Positions 12,142 through 25,504 of a stretch of DNA of 64,000 nucleotides are shown one piece after another. The notes beneath the pieces are model-generated. The model saw only the letters and a program-made list of their open reading frames with translations, did not search any database and was not told the origin of the DNA. Made by a program: the position numbers and the translations under genes. The stretch is from Geosiphon pyriformis uo1 (taxonomy: Eukaryota; Fungi; Glomeromycota). Location of the stretch: NCBI GenBank assembly GCA_016748015.1, contig JAAOMT010000543.1, positions 248,001-312,000 of the forward strand, given 5' to 3'. Numbering within the stretch: position 1 is the first letter of the stretch; each line of letters opens with the position of its first letter.

Positions 12142-13739
12142 AAACGAAAATTACCTGGTATTTTATGCTGCTGGCGGTAGTGGTAGTGTCTATGCCTGTC
12201 GATGTTTCTTAAAAACTTGTAATTTATATTTTTTCTTTGAAACCCCTCCCCCCACAACCCACAATCATGTTTTGCATTAAGGCTTAATAGAATGAGCGAA
12301 TAGAAATTTTGGAAATAATATTTGGACTTTTTTATATTAATGAAACATCAGCAGTGCAAATACATCATCCGATAAAAAAACAGTTATAAAACATATAAAT
12401 ATCGGATTCAATCTCAATCTTAATCTTCCCTTTAAAATTTACATCATCATCATATCATCATCATTAAGCATTTTGTTTTTTTCAGAATCCTCTAGCTTCT
12501 TTGTGTGTGGAGTGGGTTTTCTTATAAATATATTGTAAAACATTACAATTTCAAGCACTGAAATTTAATAATAAAGAATGTACATGAGATCTTTCATCCA
12601 CGTCACCGGTTTCGAAGCGCACATTTTCTGAAATTGGATCATTTGCCTGATAAAGACGAAAGCATTATTTAGCAAAGGAAACCATTGTAGAATTGATGAG
12701 TCACAAGCAATGATTTTCTACAACTGTAAAAGTTAAAAATTTATGTTGTTTATCATAAAAATGAATTTCCATGATTGAGACAATTGAAATTCTTAATTTG
12801 GTTTAACTATGTTGAAATATAGAAATTTCAAACTTTTGATATATATCATGAAAATATGAAAAACAAATCAAATTATTAAATTTTTTTTTCTTGAAATCAA
12901 TTAAGAATCTCGTAGAAATTTTTGGCCCAATTTCATGGCAAAAATAAATATTCTTTCTAAAATATAATACTTAAATTTTAACAATAAAATTCTAATAATG
13001 TTTTTACAAAAATAAAAAATAATTTCACTATTAATTCGATGAAAAATAGTATTCGGGTAGTTTATGAAAATTCGTTTTCAATTATAAAGTTAAAATGAAA
13101 CAAATAAAAAATTTAGAATAGTAATTTATGTTAAGAAAAAAAAAAAAATTTTTTTTTTCATTTGATTTTCTACATTTCACAAAATTTAAAGATTTTCAAT
13201 CAAGTTCATTAAAATTTATACTTAATTTTAATGAATTAAATAAAAAATAAAAATAAAAATAAAAACTGTTTTATCATGCTCTTTTTTTATATGAAATTTC
13301 ATTTTGAAAAATTTTTCTATTTTTTTTAAAAAAAAAACCAGGATTTAAAATATAATGTAAAAATACAATAAAATCTTTTAAACATTTTTTTTCAGACATT
13401 TATGGTTCATTAAATATATAATTTTTTTTGAAATCAAATAATTAAATAAATTAAATAATTAAAAATTTAATTTTAAACATATTGATTTAGTTACAATACT
13501 AAAACTTTAACAAGTAACCAAAAAATTTCAATCGAAATCATCATATTCGTATTTTTTAATTTAAAAAAATGATACAAATATTTGAAATTACTTGAAATAT
13601 TAAAAAGTCTAAGATTCATCATATTTAAGTCTTAAAAACAAGATAAAATTTATGGATCATTTTATTTTATTACTTTTGAATATTCTAAAGTTGAAATTAG
13701 GACGATTTCCTTAAAGTCATAAAGAATTTTAAAGATTAC

Positions 13740-14490
13740 AATATACCAAACGATTAGAATTAATAAAAAATAGTGAATAATGCAGTAATAAGAAAGATTC
13801 AAAAACATCTTCTTACTGCCAAAATCTAATCTAAAACCTAAATTTCTATGTCTACTAGTGCTTTAACAAAAAAACCAATATTAAATCAATGATTAATAAA
13901 GTAAAACCGAATCAAACGGTTAAAGTGGGTTAAAAACCTACAAGCATTGGACCAAAGAGGATTTTTGACGTGTTCTTTGGACAGACGAATCCCTCTATAA
14001 GCACTCATTCTTATGGTAATTTTTCGTGTATGGTGTCATAAAAGTGAGCTTTACTCTGATCATAAATGAGCAATCGTTAAAAGTGGACGTAAATTTATCA
14101 TGGTATGGGGATGTACCTCTCACTCACGTATGACTGTATGACTGGTGAAGCATATGGAAACCTTATTTATTAGATATAGTTTATCCAATGAATATGACTG
14201 GTGAAAAATCAATATTTCACTCCAATTCACAAGTGCAAGCTTGTGAAAGAATTCCAAGATAATCTTGGAATGGCCTCCAAAATCGCCAGATTTTAGTCCA
14301 ATAGAAAATATGTGGAGAGAAGTTAAAAATTTCAAAAGTCAGAACCGAAAGCCATGAAAAAAGACTAAATTGGAGGAGGCAGACTTTACTGATTGGAATG
14401 ATATTCCATTACGGATAATTCTTCAATTTATTGACCCGATCCCAAAAGGTGTTAAAGTTATAAAAAGAAAGGGTTATGTAATAAATTGGT
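13740..14490 (+). mobile_element. Tc1/mariner DD34E transposase pseudogene
   Basis: Fragments KKPILN...RIKRLKWVK..KHWTKEDF*RVLWTDES (13870-13992), MVWGC (14100-14114) and ILEWPPKSPDFSPIENMWREVK (14262-14327), with multiple stops and frameshifts. Confidence 0.88.
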
Positions 14491-16550
14491 AGAAGTTTGT
14501 TTTTCAATAATAAAAGATATATTGAAAAAGCTATTTATATATTGCATATATATCGAGTAAAAATAATTAGTATCTTGAGAAATCGTACAAAAATTAAGCT
14601 AATGATTTGTTTGTAAAACTACCGAATATTAAATTTTCACAATATTCAATCTTTTCAAAATGTAACAACTTGAATGTCAAATTGGGTCGGATATTCAGTA
14701 AATATTTAATTAATCTGTCCAGAACCTGATTATTTATTATTCATTGAATATTCATGAGAAATTTTGTTTCTATATATTTACTCGACTAAATAATTTGGAT
14801 AATCGACTATAAAAATTATCAATAAATATCCTAACACTTTTAAATAGAATTTCAAGTTCAAAAAACTTTTCTTGAGATATAAGAGTTTTGTGAACTTCAA
14901 AAAAATCTAGAGGTTTCTAAGATTTCAATCACGAATTAAAAAAAGGTTCACTTAATAAAATAAAGTAAAAAAAAAAACGATTTAATATTTGAACGCTGAT
15001 TTACAAATAGGTTTTCGTGTGATCGATCTTTTTGCCTAGTTAAAATGATAAGGACTTTAATAATACATGTACATTTACCCATTTATCTATTATAAATTTA
15101 GGTCATCTGTTATTTATCATTGAACTCTATCTATGTAAAAAAAAAGTTTATCAGTGGTGTGAGAAAAAAGTTGCTTATGGAACTGGTACATAATTTATGA
15201 TAGATTTATTTCCCATGCTTCAAAAGAATAATTAATCATTTATACTTTTAAAGAGACTCCAATATTCGATTCAATCTTTTACTTTTGTTTCCTAACAAAT
15301 GTTGATGATATTGATGATATTTTGATAGCCTTTTAAATATCTTTTTCCAACTTTTTAGCACAGATTTCGACTCGAAAATTCTTCTCAGATCAACTACGTA
15401 ATAATACTTAAAGTTCTTTCTAATTAAACTTTCTTTGAAATCTACCTAATATGGAATTTTTTTAAAAAATTCCCTAGCGGATATGGTAGAAACAAAAAGC
15501 GACGTAATAAGACAATACAAACAATAGCGTAAATAATGATCAAACTACATAGCCTTGCAGATTTCAACTATTCCCGCATAATGATTTATGCATTATTTCA
15601 AATTTCAGGGGTCACACCACCATTGCAGTTTCTAAATTTAGGATTCAAGGAAACCTGAATAAAAACTTCCCGCTTATACAAATTTCTAGGAGATGGGAAA
15701 ATCAAAGTTCTATCTCACACCTCACTTTTGTCCTCAAATCCAAAAAATTTTATTTTGAAATCAACTTTTTTCTTTGCATCTCGAAATCATGCTTATGTCA
15801 TTCTCTACAAATTTCTTTTTAAAGTTTCGTTCAGATCTTTTTGGTTTACAAATATTTTTCTTTGTTTGTTTATTATTCAACCTCAAGTTTTTCCACCATT
15901 AAAAAATCAACAAAAAATTAAAAATAATTATTTTTATTATAATAAAAAAGGGTTTTAAAAAAATACAAACAAATAAAACTAAATCAAGTTACCCAAATAA
16001 TAGCATTTAATTATAATCAGGCGTTTTTTTCTTGTCTAAAAAATTAATCGACGATTTATGAAATTCACAAGAGTTGTTCACACGACAATTTTCACAATCA
16101 CAATGGTGATATTTTTTTTACGCTTAATACGATTTTTCCCGTTATGTCACAAATCAACACGAATATCATCATCGTAATTTGATTGATAGAGTCTATTTTA
16201 ATTATATTTATTAAAAGTACATGTATATTCATTTCCAGAATAAAATTGTACCCATTTCTCGTACACTATATAAATTGTGGAATGTTGCCAACTTTTTTCA
16301 GCGTTTTATAGTTCATTTTTTTCGCGTAAAAAATATAAACTCTTTGTAATCTCAAAAGATTCAATTTCAATTTTTATTGAAAGAAACTATTGTTTAAATA
16401 GTTTTTAAATTGATTTTCTGCGCGTCTCCCTCAGAAACTATAAAGCTATATTCATTATTTGAAAGTCAATAAATAAAGCGTTACATCAAATAACGACATT
16501 GTCATAAAAGATGACTTCGCCACAGGACAATATTTTATTTTATTCAAAAT

Positions 16551-17657
16551 ATGACCTTACCAGTAATTATCATCAAATTTTCTCAAGATTTATGGAAATT
16601 TAAAATAGATTGATTTTTCTCAAAGCAAATAAAATTTTCCACCCCTAAAATAGATAGGGAAGGAATTGCTCCCGCACCCCATAGGCGATTAATTAAAGCT
16701 GTGTGTATTGTGTGTTCTTTTGTTTCGTAATATTTTTTTCCTCGAAATACTTCTAATATAATATAGTATTTTTTTACTCGAAAATTTCAAAATTCAGGTT
16801 ATGCTTGACTCTTGGGTCTTAAAATATGAAGGTCTTTTTTCTTGGAAAGAGTTCACTGAGTACCAGGTGGTGACTGTGGTATGTCTTCTTCATTCACAAA
16901 AAAGATTCTTTTTTACTTTTGACATCACGTAGGGTTTAATTTTAAAATTCTTTGTTTTTCTATTAAAAAGTATAAAACAGAAAATGGCATTACTGGGAAA
17001 TCAGTTGTTCGCAAACGATATAGTGAATTCTTAAAGTTTTATGAACTAATGTGCAAAAAGTATGATTCATTTCGGCTGCCTCTATTTCCTCCAAAAAGAT
17101 TTTTTGGTAAATATTTAAAAGTTTTATAAAAAATTGTTCCAACTTGTGGCTAAAAATACTAAATCTAATCCCAATATCTCATAGGAAATACTCGAAAGGA
17201 TTTTGTTAATAGACGATGTAATGATTTAGCTCGTTTCATGCAATTAGTGACCAGTTGGCGTGACAATGATGTTGACGTTTTATTATTCTTGAACATTGGA
17301 CTAGAGGTGCGTTCTCAATTAAATATATTTTCAAACACTAATAATTTTATGCTAATTCACCTTCAATTTACTATAAATTTGAATAGCATTTAATTACACC
17401 ACGAGGAAATATTAATCCTCAGCGAGGTTGTCTTCGCAAGAAACTTTCCTCTTCTTCATTATCAAAACAACGTTTGGACATGAAAAAACGTCGTGTTTCA
17501 TGGGGTAACAAAGTAGAAGTTTATATAAAGGTAAAATCTTTTTCAGGATAAAGTTGCTAATGAATTCCCAAATCTGACTTATTTCTATTTTTTTCTTAAG
17601 TGTGAGCCCTTTCTGTATAAAGGCTGTGCAATCAGTTATTCCGACATGCATAGTTAA
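16551..17657 (+). CDS. PX (phox homology) domain protein, ~208 aa. Exons 16551-16562, 16626-16700, 16798-16878, 16971-17106, 17185-17306, 17387-17530, 17601-17657 (5' exons less certain)
   Basis: The spliced frame gives FTEYQVVTV-YKTENGITGKSVVRKRYSEFLKFYELMCKKYDSFRLPLFPPKRFFG-NTRKDFVNRRCNDLARFMQLV...DVLLFL, which has the PX hallmarks R(R)YSEF, LPxFPPK and RRxxL. All introns are GT-AG and phase-consistent. Confidence 0.85.
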
Positions 17658-19379
17658 TTACCAATCATTTTATAAATGGGCGTTACTGTTTTTCGTGTAG
17701 CAATGCACTTAGAGGTTACAAAATGTAAATAGTAATTTGTATAGATATTTCTTTGAAATATTGATTAGATGAATAATTGGCACTTTCATTTACAACTGAT
17801 TAAATTTTTGTATTTCATAATCAATATTTTCCTTAATTGTATTAATTGGCAACAATAAATTTTTTCTACTTGGGCGTACATTATATTTCGAATTAAAAGA
17901 TCTATATCTTCGAAATTTATTAAGTTTATCAGCCCATTATGTTGCGTATGTAACGAGAGACATACTTATTAGAAAAGACTAAAGCGAGGGCTAGAAGAGG
18001 AAATAGCTGTATTATATAATCAAAACTAAATTATTAAAGGAAAAGTTTAATCCAGCTTTTTATTCATTGATAAATAAAATTTGGGATACAATAAAAAGAT
18101 TACTCTTTTTTAACCAGAATTCATAAGGTATATATTATTATTATTATTATTATTTATCATCTTGAGTCATTTGTTTCCTCATCTCATTATAAATCAGTAA
18201 TATTCTTTCAATTAATCATTCTTCAAGTTAATCATTCTTTTTCTTCCACTTAATTGTTCTCTCAATGTAGCTAAAAAAGTGATTAATAATCAATATAAAT
18301 TACAATAGCATAATTCATAAAAAGTCTGATTTTGATCAATACTAGTTATTACTTCTTCAATCAAAAAGATCAATCTTTTATTTCAATTTCCAAAAGAATA
18401 TTAAGTTATTCTTAAATTCGAAATATTTTGACAGACTTCAAATTTGGATTTTTGGCTTTAAACAAATATTAATAAAAATAAAATACATCACTGAAATTTT
18501 CACAAAGTCAAAGCTTTATTTATTCCATATATATTTTTTTAAAAATAACGAACTTTATTTTAAGTAAAGAATAAAAAATAGCTTGTACTTTAATTTATGT
18601 GAATATAAATTCTGAAAAAGTTTTAATCCCCTTATTCAGAGTATTTCCCAGTCTTTATCGTCATGTAGGGAGCAATGATAATTCCAAATTCTTTATATTC
18701 TGTTCCAGTGATGTAAGAACTTTATAAATAGCATTTTATTTTTATCAAGCGACTTTTGTATAAAATAGAAATGGGAAATGAGAGTACAATAGCAATACAT
18801 AATAGAACTAATTTAAAATTTTTAACTTGATTTTCAGAAAGTTTTTCCTTGATAAAAATTGGATAGCTCAGAAAGATTAAACTATTTGTATTATTCCTCC
18901 TACAAAAAACACAACCTTGTAAATATTGAAAGATTCCAAGAATACCGAAATCATTTTTTGCGAATTCTGAAAAATATAAAAAGTCATAAATAAAATACAT
19001 GTATTCATACTTCATATATCTAACAGTATGGACAAAACTTAGCAATCTCGAAAATTCTTGTAGATTGATAAACGGTGAATATTTTTTTTGGATAGGAAGC
19101 TGCGGGTACCGTTAGATGTTGAAACAAAATAAATGATACAGCAAGAGCAATATATCATTATGAAACTTGCCATTTGACATGATTCTTAGAGAAATCCAAT
19201 ACAACTTTACTTTACCCCAATCATCAAAACATAAGCGATACGAATAAATCTACCCGCTTTTTGATAGATTATCATCGATTTTAGTTGTTGGGTAACTTAC
19301 AAGCTAGTTACCCAGGCCTAGAAATAAGTATTTTCCTATATTCAATATTTTTAAAATACTCTTTAAAATTTTTTTAGTC

Positions 19380-22300
19380 CTCACGCATATTTTGCATACT
19401 GCAAATGCAAGCGGTGTCTATGACATTTCTATGTTTGGATCCAGTAAAGACCTTTTAATACAAAAAGCCAAAAGCTATGATGATGGCACAATATTGCTTC
19501 AAATGGGACATGATAGTGATGACCACTCTACAGAATGTTATGATACTCAAGAAAACGTCCGGGTTCAGTTTTGCTTTGATCCATCCAAATGGAACTATTT
19601 CTTCAGTGACCAGTTTCGTAAAAATTCCAATACTTGGAAAATAATCTAGTTGCTCGCTTGCTTTCTTCACATTGTCTCCAGGATACATATTAGCCGCTTT
19701 AGATGAGCTTTCATTTGGTTATGTGATTTCGTGGAATGGAACAATAGTCCAAAGGTATTTTTGAAATGTTATCTAATGACAAAATTCTTGAATGAATATC
19801 GATTAATCTTGGCATTTCAAAATCCCCAAGTGATATTGATTTAGGAATAAAACAAAATTTTGTTTCGAAAACCTTTATTCAGAGCGTTCGTCCAACAAGA
19901 AACTTTCTGTGGATTCAGGGATTGCTGCCATCTGCAACAGAGAGAGAAAGTGTTTGGACACTTTTTAGCTCTCCGTAAGTAACAATCTTTACATTTTTTT
20001 TTTTTGAGGAAATCTTGTGATTATTTTGCTGATATTGATATTATATAGAAACAAAAACAGTGAAAGAATTCAAATCCTAAAAATGGGGACAATAAAATTT
20101 CCTAAATTACAAATTAAAGGGCAGCAAAGTTTCTCTACAGTCGAAGGTGGTTTTGGCATAGCTTTCTTGGGACTTCATGACAAAGATGCTCAATCCGTGG
20201 GAAACAAAAAGCTTCCCTTCCTGAAAAATGTGACTTCTCTAATGGAATCAAAGTGGCTTTTACATGTAATATTCCTTGAACCCGAATCAAACCAATTTGG
20301 AAAACCGATGATTATTTATCAATCTAGTAGTGCCCTCAGCTTTGGAGTCCCAATTACAACTTCAACATTGCACATCTAGTAATGACGGCAGTGGAAATTT
20401 TTGCATTTTACGAATTAATGAACAATTAGTAAATTCTTTTGTGAAAATCGAATTCCTTTCAACTGGCGCAGTGACAAATATTGAAAACTTCATATTGTCT
20501 AATCTCAATGACTTTGAAGTTTTTCTAACGGATATTTGCCCACTACCCTATGGTGGTTTTGAATCTATTTATCGGTATAAAAACATGAATTTTTTAGCCC
20601 TATATTATAAGAATGGCACTATGATAAAAGATGAGCGATTAAATGTGTTAAATTCATTACCCTTTAATGAAAGAAAATATGTTGGCTTTTTTCCGAATAA
20701 CACATTCTTCTATATAGGACAAAACCTTTCTCAAAACAACAAAATAATTAAAATTAGGACTTTTCCATTGAAAGAAATCTTCCAAGGTAAAATTGAATCT
20801 ATTACTAATTATGAAAATTTATTCAAATATAAATTTCATTTTTCTTCAAGTTACAGATGGGGAATCCAATAATTCTATGATTGAAAAAAGTGATCCACCA
20901 ATTCATAAAAAAATTCCTTTACGCTTAAAGATCATCTCATTTACCTTCGGAGTTAAAATAAAGCAATCTATCGGCAATATTTCAATTTTCCAGGGTAATA
21001 GTTCTTGGTCACACTTGCGGCAAACCTTACGAGCTACAAATTCACTTTGTTCGTTAGGTGATGATAATCGAACAATTTCAATTGGGATATTGTCAAGTAC
21101 TTTTAACCAGCCGAATTCGGAATACTTTGTTGTTATTGATAACAATTTTGTTAAGAGTCAATCACATAGTCAACCACTTATTAGGATTCAACAAGATCTT
21201 TGGAAATTTTCAACAAGTATTTTAAGAATTTCTCCAGGCATTATTTTTTGAAAAAATTGCTTAAGCTAATGGCTATTTTCGTAGAGTCATCAAATGATCA
21301 TGTTTTTGCTGGTAGGAATATAAAAATTCGGTCAAAATTTTTCGATTTCCTCAAAAGTTCATAGGGTTCAAATATAATTTTTTTATTTTCAGAATCTATT
21401 ACGGGTTTTCTTCGACTAACAATTCAAGGCACAGAATAATTTATTAAAAATTCTAAAAAAGGGATGACAGATGTCTTTGAGCAAATATTAGAAGAAATCG
21501 CGGATGTCTTACCAATTGAAAAATCAAGATTGTCCTCAAAAAAAAATTACCAATTTGATTCATCTGCTCCTCAAAAGCAACTACTCTTTCAATTGCATAT
21601 AACGGCAACCAATGACAAAAATCAGCTAAGTGTTGAGAAGGCTATCGATGATTTAAATATCTTGATCAAAAACAAGGATATCTCACCGATTGGTACCAAA
21701 GAATGGGCTAAATTCTTAGATGAGGGCTATTCTTTTCATCCTAAACGTAAGTTTATCAACGTTTTGCAAGCAAATTTTAAAAAGCATTGTTCTTTAAGCT
21801 TCTTTACTTTTAAAACCTTAGTGAGTATTTTTAAAGAATTTAAATTCGAATTAATTGGGGTAACAGTCGGGATTCTGATATTAGGAGTTTCTACTTGTTT
21901 GCAAGAAAGAGAAATCCACAGGTATTTTTATTTCAAAATTTTATAATAAACTTTCTTATATCAATATCATTTTTTTTAAAATACAGGCGGAGAACTTGAT
22001 TTTTTTGGAGTCAACTTTAATTATCATTGACTTGGTTTTAGATGTGAGTTGTATGCTAAAGAATGGCAAAGATATCCTATGGCTTTTTATTCCTAGGTAT
22101 TTTCGGACTTTTGATTGTTTATGAATCATTTTTGGATGACTGATTCAATTTTGATTTCAGCATTGGGATTTTTATCATTTCAATCATCAACAATGTCATT
22201 TTGACTTTTTGGATTTTGATGTCTGATATAAAATCCAACGGGCAACTCAGTGAATGGTTTCAAAAACATCGTAAACTCGCTTCAATTTTAACTTTGATAG

Positions 22301-22830
22301 GAACAGTCGATGTAGAGTTGATCTCTATCCTTGGGTCAAAGATTGGAGGATTTTTTATCTTCCATGCACCATTTTCTTCTAAAGCAAAGCATCGGATATT
22401 TTTGGCCACAACCGCCAATGTTTTAATAGAAGACATACCACAATTGGTCATTCAGGTATATTATAAAACGAATTATTTGTTTTTTTTCACAATTTAAATA
22501 GATTTATTGAAATTCAAAATATTTTTGATAGATTCTTTATCAACAACATACACTCTCTTATAGTACTATTCCTTTCATTTCCCTCATTGCTAGTTCGGGG
22601 ATCTCTGTTACTGGTATGGTTGATCGTATTCATTTTGCGGTTGTCAAACTTCAAAATGGGCATCGATGTAAATGGGATGCACTCACTCAACGAAATTCAG
22701 AAGGAATAAGTGGATTATCGTTTTTCAAAAAGGTATTTTTAGCCAAAACTCAAATTTTAATTCAAGTTTATTATTCTTAATGTGAGTAAAATATTAATTA
22801 TTTTTTCATTGATAGGAAAAAAGGGTTTCA
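19380..22830 (+). pseudogene. Large multi-exon membrane protein (long extracellular region, Ig-like/SbsA-like domain, C-terminal multi-TM IEDIPQLxIQ region), pseudogenised
   Basis: Recognisable exons YDDGTILL..LIHPNGTI, ISWNGTIVQ, STVEGGFG, GNISIFQ...LRQT...STFNQPNSEYFVVIDNNFVKS, LADVLPIEKSRL and IEDIPQLVIQ. There is an in-frame TAA at 21437-21439 (GTE*FIK) and frameshifts near 19570, 20330 and 21890. Confidence 0.75.
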
Positions 22831-25504
22831 GAAAAAATCTTAACTTATTCTTCTTAGCACCAAATTATTCCAACCTCTGGACAAAAATTCTCATTTTTTT
22901 CTTCATAACCAGGCTTCAGAATTTTTTGAGCTCTACCTAATAAGCTCCATACAAATATATTAATTTTACATACAGAATTTAAATTTCTAGCCCCTCATTA
23001 GGACAATTGCTAGACTATGAAATTATTATTTTAACTTTTCATAAAATTTTTATTAATGGCAAAATCTTCCAATGCCCAAAGTATTTACATTATTAATTTA
23101 AAGTTGTTTAATCAATTATTTGAAATGAAAGGCTATATATTAGGAAATATATAATTTTTAGTTGATAAATAAATGAATTTTTTTTTGACAGCTGTGTTAA
23201 CACTATTCAAAAAAAAATTTTTTTTTCCTCACGGATCTTAAAGGTCTGTATTTTTAAATTGTAATTTATGAATTTAAATTATAATTGTTAAAGTGGCCTT
23301 TTTTTATTCCATATGACAATTAAAAATTTTAAGAAATGTTTTTATAATAATAATAATTTTGATTTTGTGTGTTATTTTACCTATTTTTGACATGTTATTT
23401 GTCACTAAAATTCTTTCAGACTAAGTTGATTTTAAAATTATTTAACCAAATTGGTCACTTTTAATCTTGCATTTAGGGCGTTTTCAAATGTATAAATTAT
23501 TTTTTTTTCGTATTGTATTTTATACATTTGCTATTCGTATAATAAAAATAAAAACAAAAATTATTTGTTCACATAATCCATTATAAACATTTTCGTAAAC
23601 TTAAGCTTAAATCTTGTGAATGAACAATTTTGTATTTGGATTTATCAAACTTTAATGCTTAAAATAGTTAGCTATAAATATATAAATAAATAAATAAAAT
23701 ATCCATATATATGTTAAGTAAAAAATAACTCTTTTGGTAATAAAACTTAAAAATCAAAATTACAAACAAATTGATATATGGAGCATGGTGTAACAAGACT
23801 AGACAAAGTGAACCCAAGACATCAAGTGAAGTTTAGGATGAGGTTCTCCTAAATTTTCTTTTTTTACTTTAGCATCCAAGACACCATCGCGATTATTGCT
23901 GCTGTTATCACATAATTGCCTTGCTCTCTAGTTGACTACTTTTTAATTTCTGTTACTTGGGTTTTTATTTCTTTTTTAATGCGATCTAAACTAGTCATTT
24001 CTCCCATCAATATCATTAGTGAATTCATGAATATCCAGATTATTTTTAATTCCTTAATACACTCTTGTAATAATTCACTCGTTTTTTTTTCAAGTTTGTG
24101 GATCAAAGAAAGTGGAGAATCATTGATAATATGAGGTTTACCTTTGATAACTAAAGCACCTATTCTTTTTGATCGATTAGCTCAGCTACTAGTTTGCTTC
24201 TTGCTTAATTATTTCTTGGGTATTGAGTATTGGGTTTTAGTTTTGTTTGCTTTCTTGGTATTTCTGAGGAGAAATTCAATAGCCTAGTGGGATGGTAAAA
24301 GCTGTCTACATGTTGGGTTTTACCAGATTCAGGGTCAATCCAGTCCAATCCCAAAAATTTTGGTCCAATTTGGGTTGGCCTGGTACAAAAATATTCTGAT
24401 CCGATAACTAATTATTGATAATAAAATTCTGCCTCAATATCTTTATTTTCATTATCATACTGTGAAGCAATGATGACCTCACAAAAATTCGATATAAGAC
24501 CAGAATTTATGCTACTTTAGGTAGAAAAAAATCTTTCGCCATCCCCTGAGACTTAGCTGTAGAATCAAAGAAAAGTAATTCTTGTTCGTTGCTCATTAAA
24601 CCAACCTAAATAGAGCTAAATGACAAATACCCAATTAAACTTCTCAAAGTGTGCGGTAACGACATGTGAAGAAGCAAAAGATTTCAACGATATAACGATA
24701 AGCACAAAACTAAAGAAGATATCTGCTCTTAACGTTATGTCACCATGATGAGAATGTTTATTATGAGTAATTAATAATGTAACTTAAACAATTAAGTGCT
24801 AATCACTGGGAAATTTCGTCAGTTAATAATCAAATTTTAAATATTAATTTAAATCGAAAAAATCATATTCTTATCTATTTTGACTCAATTTGATTGCTTA
24901 ATTTATTTCGATAAAGTTTGTATTTAAAACAGACAATATTTAATAAATTTATTATTGAAATAGGTTGTGCTTGTAAATATAATGTTCATTTTAAATGATT
25001 GTATAAAAAAAAATTTTTTTTTGAAAAGATTTTCATCAAAGAAAATACATAATAAATGTAACAGGCTTTTTAGTTTGTTTTGAAAAAGTGGCCTGAACTT
25101 TCCCATTATTTTCATGACAATTAAAGCCAGTCATTTAATTATGGCTTTTTTTGCCTTTGATGGGACCGAAAAACACCCAATGTTTTAAACTTGGGCTGAC
25201 CATGTGGTGAAAACTAAAAGATGATCCTTAACCTTTGTCCAAGAAATGTGGTTGTGGAAAACCCACTATAATATTTCCAAATTGATCTTGGCAGGAAGCT
25301 TCACTATTTGATGTTCGTTAGGAAGGTTAAACTCAAATTTCTTAATATTATAATGAGGATATGTAATTTGCTTTTAAGGATAATTATTCCTACTTAGGTA
25401 TATCAAATATAGACCCCATCTTTCATGATCTCATGTTTTAAATAGCATGGATCCCAAAATCTTCTTAAAGCTATGAGGCAAGTAAACCGAGAGAAAGGCC
25501 CTTG

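Noticed and set aside
23770-24410. Minus-strand coiled-coil-like coding remnant and CCAATCC/GGTTGG-rich possible transposon end
   Set aside because: No diagnostic motif or partner TIR was found; too degraded to call.
24470-24549. C/D-box snoRNA-like layout (ATGATGA...TCTTTCGCC..CTGA), reminiscent of the snR60/U80 guide to LSU GGCGAAAGA
   Set aside because: Complementarity is only 9 nt and ends 5 nt before the D box; there is no second guide and only a weak terminal stem. An Infernal/snoscan run would be needed.
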